From: Macrostomum lignano
Lineage: Eukaryota
Reading direction: 5' to 3'
Length of the DNA: 64,000 bases
Assembly: GCA_002269645.1 (NCBI GenBank)
Contig: NIVC01001090.1
Coordinates: 5,084-69,083, forward strand
Shown here: one piece after another, positions 58,701-64,000 of the stretch
How the letters are laid out: each line of letters opens with the position of its first letter
How positions within the stretch are numbered: position 1 is the stretch's first letter
Made by a program: the position numbers and the translations under genes
The notes under the pieces: model-generated
The model's input: only the letters and a program-made list of their open reading frames with translations
Database searches by the model: none
Told to the model about the DNA's origin: nothing

Positions 58701-58743
58701 CGATGGAATCTGCATGCGACGCTTCTCTCAGTTTTTTGCTTGA
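55702..58743 (-). CDS. Reverse transcriptase / RNase H ORF (open from 58743, no ATG at its 5' end)
   Basis: RLIHD, KVDISSAYR, LPMG, YLDDF; RNase H ETDAC, INYKE, YSDN, ADPASR. Confidence 0.93.
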   Translation of the reverse strand, partial: SSKKLREASHADSIACDAFSFNFLPARDIAQPACLPASDVVQPACLPASDVAQPACLHASDVAQPAYLPASDVAQPACLTASDVAQPACLTASDVAQPACLPASDVAQPACLPGSDATKPACLSASVIDPAHRLANGCPPVDPRRCGDLVVAVWEERLRGDPDENFLVDSLRAGFSLIDDGSQVPAFESDNYPSVEEFRQEVECLLLEEIRRGRVVVVPDPPSLVSPLGAIRKSSGGVRLIHDCSVPHNASLNDCFTAERKLRFASVEDFVRLLRPGHFMAKVDISSAYRSIACHPSCWPLLGLKFKFSGDDHVTYMEDRRLPMGAAGSVPSFHRVSQAIHRFMVKDGYTAVVNYLDDFAVTAATYRDCFKAYDHLLSLLEHLGFEVNRKKCTPPCQDMVFLGVRIQTDIGVMSLPPEKLHELRQLLTDCLAARQVSASFLRRLTGKLSWFFQVQRQIRMFLRPIIEFTESLSRENRRVRICESLRHLFQWWESAVRCYHDRLIWPIFSDALAVETDACISGGAAILSSCCFRDWFFVDFSSDLDGRLADLHINYKEAAIAPITLLRFRDQLHQAQVVFYSDNQAAVGMLNRGSAKCPIVNDLLMQAGLVCMQQQITFKVFYMPGCRQFLADPASRLLTGDAALIDFASRFYGHLLIDPSEFASHALGPASASTLFFRCRLLWAANRAAPSSSRRLRTGDAAVAGKQMEDVARFLQRGKDQSSEADSNSDLPIHQLPHAPSPVATIEPAGIHQLDRHSIATQRLSGYDRLWTRALGSSRCEAAAGRNARSPQGCAGAESSSATAALPTAADRPWSCSVESHLSRLVGHAAGGQSLLCQPGKRRHGGADQRSSPGRQGGSDFCSPVQDESIRRAPSCRSSALHLQECDCSAVSVLCAPSSFQPEFTGHCTSFAASVLDPAVSRKLDELNCSACPARVVPAFSPGWPSEKPLFNAQPAPRRRHLRQAFRHRDRGYQSHWRLEERCGASLCGPAAAGGQPGCSSHRGSGAGCVLTV
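55710..56774 (-). CDS. Tyrosine recombinase (overlaps the RT ORF in another frame)
   Basis: Catalytic set: R (MLRAANL), HSLRRGGAT, GDWKS and Y (VHLY). Confidence 0.92.
   Translation of the reverse strand: MIPLNLLRMRWVLLPPPPCFSGAVSFGLPTELLPLVRAAFAPATLRSLESKWRTWLAFCSEAKIKALKPTPTQICQFINFLMHHRLSRQSSLQAYISSIATLLRLSDSPVTTDSGLVRLALRGAKRLLAATPVRRKAALGPSHLLRLRRCLQLQTGLGAALWSLILAGWWAMLRAANLCSVSRANVGTAVLISDLRLGVKEARISVRLSKTNQFGERRHVVLLPCICKSATAPLCPFCALHRHFSRNSLDIAPPSQPLFSTLQSAGSWMSLTAAHVRRELSQLFHQAGLPRNRFSMHSLRRGGATFARRSGIAIEDIKAIGDWKSDAVHLYAGQQPQVASRAVRRIGAAVQAAF
58378..58672. repeat. 33-bp minisatellite within the 5' part of the RT frame
   Basis: About 9 copies of GGTTGAGCGACGTCGGAGGCAGGCAGGCAGGCA; reads (PASDVAQPACL)n in the RT frame. 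Confidence 0.92.
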
Positions 58744-59813
58744 TTAGCACGGTTGGTGTGGCTAGCAGCAGCATGTGAGCCACCACAAATCCGACAGCAG
58801 TGTAGATAGTTGCAGGTGTCTCTCTGACATCCGGTGGCGCTGTTAAACAGTCCACAGACCGCTTGGCCTCGCGAAGCGAATTGTCGGCGGCCTCCGCGGC
58901 CAGTCTGGCTGGCTTGCCGACTATGAAGGTTCTTTGGGGCCGTCAGGTGCTTACAAATCAGAGACAAAGGCGGCTGGGACCACTTGGAGGCGTTCGCATG
59001 CTGGAACTTACGCAGGTCGTCATCATAACGAAGAAGGACTTGCCAGTCGTACCCCCCATCAAGCAAATCGCCGATGTGGATAACGTGCTGCAAGTAGTCC
59101 AAGAGACTTTTTGGCTCACTATCGGTGTCGTGAGACGCTAGCTGTCCGGATTGCAGCATGGCATACATGATTTTAGCATTGGCAGAAATCCATTGGCCGA
59201 CTGTCACAGAGTCTACAGATTTTGGTCTACCGCTCTTGAGATTCTGCTTCGCTGTCTCACCCTGCGAAAGAAGCTCGTCAGCCTGGCCAGGGGCATCAAT
59301 GAAGTCGCAAATACGGAGCAGCCGCCCGGATGTAACTCTAGCGTTGCTTGGAGCAAAAATAGCAGCATCAAGTTCACCATCATTGGACCACCTATCAGAC
59401 TCAGCGCAAGCAGACTGGCTCAAAAATTCTGGTAGCTTACCGCGATTATCTGGTGCCTTTTCCACCGACCGTCGCAGCTCCGCCTCTTCTTTCTGCAGCC
59501 TTAGCAGTTCAATGCGCCGTCGGGTGAGCTCGATCTCCTCATCCAGAGCCGCGCCACCCAAAGAGGTGCCACCCCCCTTGGACCGCCGGCTGCTCCCTCC
59601 ATCGGACGAGCCTTCAGAATCCCTCGGTGGCTCCCTGTGGGAAGTCCTGTTCGCGGCGTCAGCAGCTAGACGCTCGTTGAGAATCGCGTCGCACAGACGA
59701 GTACGTAGGGCAGCCTTGCTACCTTTTGTTGGCAATTTGCGCGCTTGCAATGCCGTCTTTAGTTGAGGCACGCTCAGATCGGTGACTGATTGCAGCTGAC
59801 TAGAGGTGGCCAT
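58728..59813 (-). CDS. Gag-like ORF1 (361 aa) with an N-terminal SAP-like domain and a C-terminal Cys/His finger
   Basis: LSVPQLKTALQARKLPTKGSKAALRTRL; CGLFNSATGCQRDTCNYLHCCRICGGSH. Confidence 0.85.
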   Translation of the reverse strand: MATSSQLQSVTDLSVPQLKTALQARKLPTKGSKAALRTRLCDAILNERLAADAANRTSHREPPRDSEGSSDGGSSRRSKGGGTSLGGAALDEEIELTRRRIELLRLQKEEAELRRSVEKAPDNRGKLPEFLSQSACAESDRWSNDGELDAAIFAPSNARVTSGRLLRICDFIDAPGQADELLSQGETAKQNLKSGRPKSVDSVTVGQWISANAKIMYAMLQSGQLASHDTDSEPKSLLDYLQHVIHIGDLLDGGYDWQVLLRYDDDLRKFQHANASKWSQPPLSLICKHLTAPKNLHSRQASQTGRGGRRQFASRGQAVCGLFNSATGCQRDTCNYLHCCRICGGSHAAASHTNRANQAKN

Positions 59814-60024
59814 ATTGATTGTGGCAGAGAAAAAAAATTCTGAGCAAACACGAACGCACGGCGAACAAGCGGGGGACCGGACTAAATAAGAAATCAAGCT
59901 AGCACCCCCGCGACCCCCCGCCCCCCGCAGCACACGCAACCCCGCACGCACCCGCCCCAGCCAAGCGAGCCCCTCCCCCCGCAGTTTAAACGCCCTTACC
60001 ACCAAAACAGTGGCAAGGGTAACA

Positions 60025-60602
60025 AGAATTACATCTGGCATGTCTATTAAACATTTGGACTTTGTACGTTTGTATTCCCTAATTTCACCATCGACATAAT
60101 AGAAACCTGGTGGAGCAAATACCAAGGCGGGAATATCAAAACCCACACTTTGTTGAATCGTTACTTTCAATCCATCTACCTTGTTAAAGTAAAAGTGGTG
60201 TCCCTTGTTTGTCTGAACAATCCAATCACAATGAGTCATACACAGTTCATTCAACTTAGGGAATAGGTCAGCATTATCAATATCGATTACGGTTATATTT
60301 GAATTTCGAGTATCTATCCAAATCATGTTGTCTACCTCTGGTCGAAATGTTGGTGAGGTTGAATTCCTATCTGCTTTGGTTGGCATTCCTGACGGTATTT
60401 TTTTCTTTGTTTTACTATTCCATGTTATACTGCAACTTCCGAATATAAAATTAAGTTCTCCATAGAGATTAATTAGTTTATCGTACGATTTTGTTTGTTT
60501 TAAATTTCTCAACCTTGTTGGTGGGGCGTCATGGTTTTGAAGCGGATCCTGTACGATGATCACAGGAGAGAAACTTGAATCGTTTTGATTTTTTCTTTCC
60601 AT
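60025..60602 (-). pseudogene. D5-like primase-helicase, 5' part (Prim-Pol/AEP-like domain)
   Basis: ITVIDID, VQTNKGHHFYF and GFDI motifs; joins 55206 in frame once the retrotransposon is removed. Confidence 0.82.
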
Positions 60603-61145
60603 TTTATTTAAAATAAATTTAACAATATAATTCATCAGTTTCAATGTACTTCTCAAGGGTTATGGGGAGTTTGAAAATGTTCAACTTTAGCATGACGAAA
60701 AATTCATCATTCCTTATGTGCTGTCTCGAAATCAATGCCCATTTATCAACATGTGCAAGATATACTCTGAATGAATACAAAAATGGGGGTCATTTACAAT
60801 CGGTGTGTTTTAATATTTCTGCTTTTTATTCATCGTAAGCTTTATCAATTTCTGCAATTAGTCGAGCCTTTCGAATGAGCCTCTATATTTTTGTGGTAGA
60901 GCATGTCGAACATTTGGGTTATTAGCTTCCATTTTTTCTATGAAAAATTTAACAGCCACAATCTGATTCGAGTGGAAGTTTACAATAAGGGGGAACACAA
61001 AAGAAAATATTTTCAGACACAAATGGCCAGGCTCCGCGGAGCATTCTGTGGCCTGGCTTAAAGAGATTTAGCATGATAGTAATTCATTTTATTTCTAGAG
61101 ATGTTATAACTACTTTAAACACTTATACAGTGGAAACTCAAGTCT

Positions 61146-61577
61146 TCATTGTCCAATGCCTTGGTTTAGTTGGACAAGTTCGTCCATCTCATGATCCTGC
61201 TGAGCATGAGCCTGCGCCTGCTGAGCCTGCTGAGCGTGAGCCTGCGCCTGCTGAGCCTGCTGAGCGTGAGCCTCTTCATAGGTTGGTGGCGCATCAGGAA
61301 TGGCCACATTATTCAATTGCTCGGCAGCAGCGATTTCTCGCTGTAATTGCCGCCCAGTCCGTTCCTTAGCCAACATCTTCTTAAGTAACTTAAGAAGACG
61401 AGCATCATCAGAAATTCGTTCCTGATTTTGTCGATAATGATCGACGAACGCAGTTGGATCTGGGATTAGGCGAGCAAATGACGACCTAGCGTATTCTGTA
61501 TAGAAAATACCCTTAATAAAGTTTTCCTCGGCTCTAATAGCTAGCAATCTACCTCGCAAGGTTGGCTGGCCTGGCAT
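61146..61577 (-). CDS. Hypothetical 143-aa protein with PPTY and an AQQAQ repeat
   Basis: ATG-initiated ORF inside element B; a 30-bp internal repeat; no family recognised. Confidence 0.55.
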   Translation of the reverse strand: MPGQPTLRGRLLAIRAEENFIKGIFYTEYARSSFARLIPDPTAFVDHYRQNQERISDDARLLKLLKKMLAKERTGRQLQREIAAAEQLNNVAIPDAPPTYEEAHAQQAQQAQAHAQQAQQAQAHAQQDHEMDELVQLNQGIGQ

Positions 61578-61807
61578 GATAAGAGATAAGATTTAGCTTA
61601 AAAGATGGATGTATAGATGGTTGGATGAAACCATTTGTATGCTGCTTTAAATGCTGCTAGAACATTTTTTTCGGTGTCTTAAATCCTATTGGTTGGTTTA
61701 CTTACAATGCACAACGGAAACCTCTCATTGGTGCCAATTCTGTGCCAAGTGGCACAAAAAATAAAAAAATTTTTTTCTGGCAAAATTTTGGCAAATTCTT
61801 GTCGAGG

Positions 61808-62130
61808 CAAATTCCTGCGTTAGTCATCGAGTGAAGTTTGCCTACTTGCTTTGCTATCTTGGTTGGACAATAGCCGACCATATTGTTGCGGTGCGAGCTT
61901 GCTTTTGTGTAGCAATAGTAGATGAAAAATATAAAACCCGAATTCCTGTGTTAGTCATCGAGTGAAGTTTGCCTCTAAAAAAAGACTTGCTTTGCTATCT
62001 TGGTCGGACAATAGCCGACCATATTGTTGCGGTGCGAGCTTGCTTCTGTGTGGCAAGAGTAAGATAAAAAATATACAACCCCGAATTCTTGCGTTAGTCA
62101 TCGAGTGAAGTTTGCCTACTTGCCAGCTTG
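61808..62130. repeat. Tandem repeat of about 131 bp (two full copies and one partial)
   Basis: AATTC(C/T)TG(C/T)GTTAGTCATCGAGTGAAGTTTGCCT at about 61810, 61941 and 62083. Confidence 0.88.
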
Positions 62131-62220
62131 CTAAGATAGTAATTTTTTGTTTATTGACCCCGTTGGGAGTTTTTGTGCTTATGTTGTGTGTTTTGATGGT
62201 GACTATGGTGTTATGTCTAA

Positions 62221-63598
62221 TTATGTGACAATTATGCCTAAAATCGGATAAAGTTGAAAGCCTGAAACAATAAGAACAGTTGATCCTTCAGTGGCCGAAT
62301 TAATATGCACTCTATAACCGGAGAATTTTTCGGTGGAAGCTACTTCAAAATATTTCATCAATCCAGGAACTAAACCAGCATTTTCGGTAGAAAAAATATT
62401 CCTAAAGTCTCTCTTGTTATTGCTCCCTTTCAGAATAAAACTTTTTGGTTGATTTTTTATAATTTCACTACCTACTGCTTTGGTTCCTTTCAATCCGAAT
62501 TTCCAAATTTGAATAGACTCGGGAAGTTGTACTTTAATGTAAGAATTGGATTCATTCCTCGATGCCCATTCTGAATTAGATACTATATAACCCCAATTAT
62601 CTGACGTTTCAAATGCTCCTGATGACGCTACATTGAAACCCCTTTCTCTATAGTTTTGACGTGTTGCTAGTGAGGGAATAAATCCTGTATAAGATTTGAA
62701 ACCTAGTCCCCGCCTTAGTCGCAGCTCCACTGATTCAAGTGCATTGTCTACGTATAGCTTTGGTACAGCTTGAAGTCTATCTATAGGCCACACTAAATCA
62801 TTAACCACTATTTGTCTCTCAAGTAATTTAACTTTTGTAAGCTTTACGGAACCAGAAAAATTTAGAGAATAATGAAAATAATATGAGGGATTGGGTATTT
62901 GTTTCCTAAGATGTGCATTGCCCCTTCGTAGTTCAATGGGTGCACTTTGTTCAACAGGTGCCCAGTTTGTTCCATTTAGGCTCACAGTAACAGACCAACC
63001 AGGCCACACCTCTCCTTCCAACTTTATCTCTACAACTTTCCTAGCTCTTTTCAAAAATTGAAATCGTATCCACTTGTCTGAGTCATCTGCACTGCTCCAT
63101 TCTGAAGCTGGGTTTGAATCTGCAACATGATATGCTGCTGAAGAGTTATGAGAAGCGGTCACTTTCATGTCAGGATGGGAAGCGTTTGAAGTCAGAAATG
63201 AAAGAATATTGACTAATTTCGAACTCTCTGTACCTCCTGCAGTACCTTGCCTTTCTGCTAACAAAGTGTCAATCTCAGTTTTAGAATACATCTTAGTGTC
63301 AATTTCGGTTTTAGAATACATCTTAGTGTCAGTTTCGGTTTTTGTGTAGACATTGTTTACGCGCCATGAGCATCGTCAATTAATTGTAGCATGGTGATAT
63401 TCATTGCGTCACTATCTTCCTTTGAATAAGAGTCTGAAACATTTCTCTTTGCTAACAATAAATTATCTATTTCCTCTCTCTTATATCCTTCATTTTCATT
63501 GATGTAGCGATCATCAGCTAACGCTATTGTTATTCCAGGCGCTATATCATTTGAATTTGACGAGTAACCAAATTGATTGGCAGTATTCTGTATCTCAT
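62221..63598 (-). pseudogene. Fibre/receptor-binding-like protein with YSKTEID repeats and two F5/8 type C (discoidin-like) domains; 5' part frameshifted, 366-aa 3' ORF open
   Basis: Y(T/S)KTE(T/I)D x3; VTASH...EWSSADDSDKWIRFQF and VASSG...EWASRNESNSYIKVQLPE...PKSFILKGSN. Confidence 0.65.
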
Positions 63599-64000
63599 TT
63601 TAATTGCTGCAAAATTTCATTATAGCTATCTCCTTTATCGATTCGGTGTAAAAAGTACAGCGACATTTGACCACAATATTTCTTATCAAAAGTTTGAATT
63701 TTGTTCTTCCATGTCTCCACATATTCTATTCTTTGTGTGATTAAACTTTTCCATAATTTCCAGTGTGGGCGGTAGTGCATAGGAATCAAAAAAATAAACC
63801 TTATCAGGAGCTGAAATATAGCTGAATGATGTATACCCCGTTCTTTCGAAGTGTGAATATTTGTCATAAAGTAACCATACTGTGGTAAATCAACAATTTC
63901 ATCTCTCATGGCATAATGAAATGGTTTTAACTTGAGATATTTTGCCCAATTTAACAGATCAATATTTGTCGTAGTGTCAGTCCCAAACTTTTGTTTAAAT
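63595..64000 (-). pseudogene. Adenain-type cysteine protease of element B (5' end at or beyond the window edge)
   Basis: TTNIDLLNWAKYL, NIHTSKERGIHH, YFFDSYALPP (shifted frame) and KIQTFDKKYCGQMSLYFL; compensating frameshifts. Confidence 0.8.

Larger units (their letters stand above)
55207..60024 (-). mobile_element. Ngaro-type tyrosine-recombinase retrotransposon with split direct repeats (A1-ORFs-B1-A2-B2)
   Basis: A1 about 59830-60024, A2 about 55343-55537, B1 55538-55593, B2 55207-55262. Gag, RT/RNaseH and YR ORFs are intact; there is no TSD; no methyltransferase domain seen. Confidence 0.9.
48845..64000. mobile_element. Element B: decayed AT-rich Maverick/Polinton, continuing beyond the window
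   Basis: pPolB, adenain-type protease, fibre-like gene and D5-like primase-helicase; composition shifts to AT-rich near 48950. The left boundary is inferred. Confidence 0.8.

Noticed and set aside
58728-60656. 642-aa ORF as a native gene
   Set aside because: It is the primase N-terminus, the A1 repeat and gag joined by the insertion; it is treated as two genes.

Overview
Eukaryotic (animal) genomic DNA with spliceosomal introns and a 135-N gap at 21967-22101. A flatworm such as Macrostomum is my guess, not something the sequence proves. The left half (1-31 kb) holds host genes on the + strand among many minisatellites and two tRNA-derived CORE-like SINEs. These genes are the 3' part of an ERG/KCNH K+ channel, a small heat-shock protein with two alpha-crystallin domains, an Ikaros/hunchback-type zinc-finger gene, a SPATA1-like gene (3' end not found) and an intronless FkbM methyltransferase. 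The right half (31.2-64 kb) is a nest of virus-like elements. (A) An 11.3-kb fold-back Maverick/Polinton derivative (31487-42780) has 4.7-kb near-identical inverted arms, a TACAGG 6-bp TSD, a spliced pPolB cut off before its polymerase motifs and a PC4-like ORF. (C) A compact GC-richer cluster (about 42.9-48.8 kb) encodes an SSB-like protein, a divergent TBP-like protein, a deoxynucleoside kinase and a ZnF/pPolB-N-like ORF; a possible left terminus is AGTAGT at 31215. (B) A decayed AT-rich Maverick (48.8 kb to beyond the window) carries pPolB, a D5-like primase-helicase, a discoidin-domain fibre-like gene and an adenain-type protease. An intact Ngaro-type tyrosine-recombinase retrotransposon (55207-60024) splits the primase-helicase and carries a canonical-looking -1 frameshift signal. 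All family assignments come from motif recognition by eye; no database search was run.
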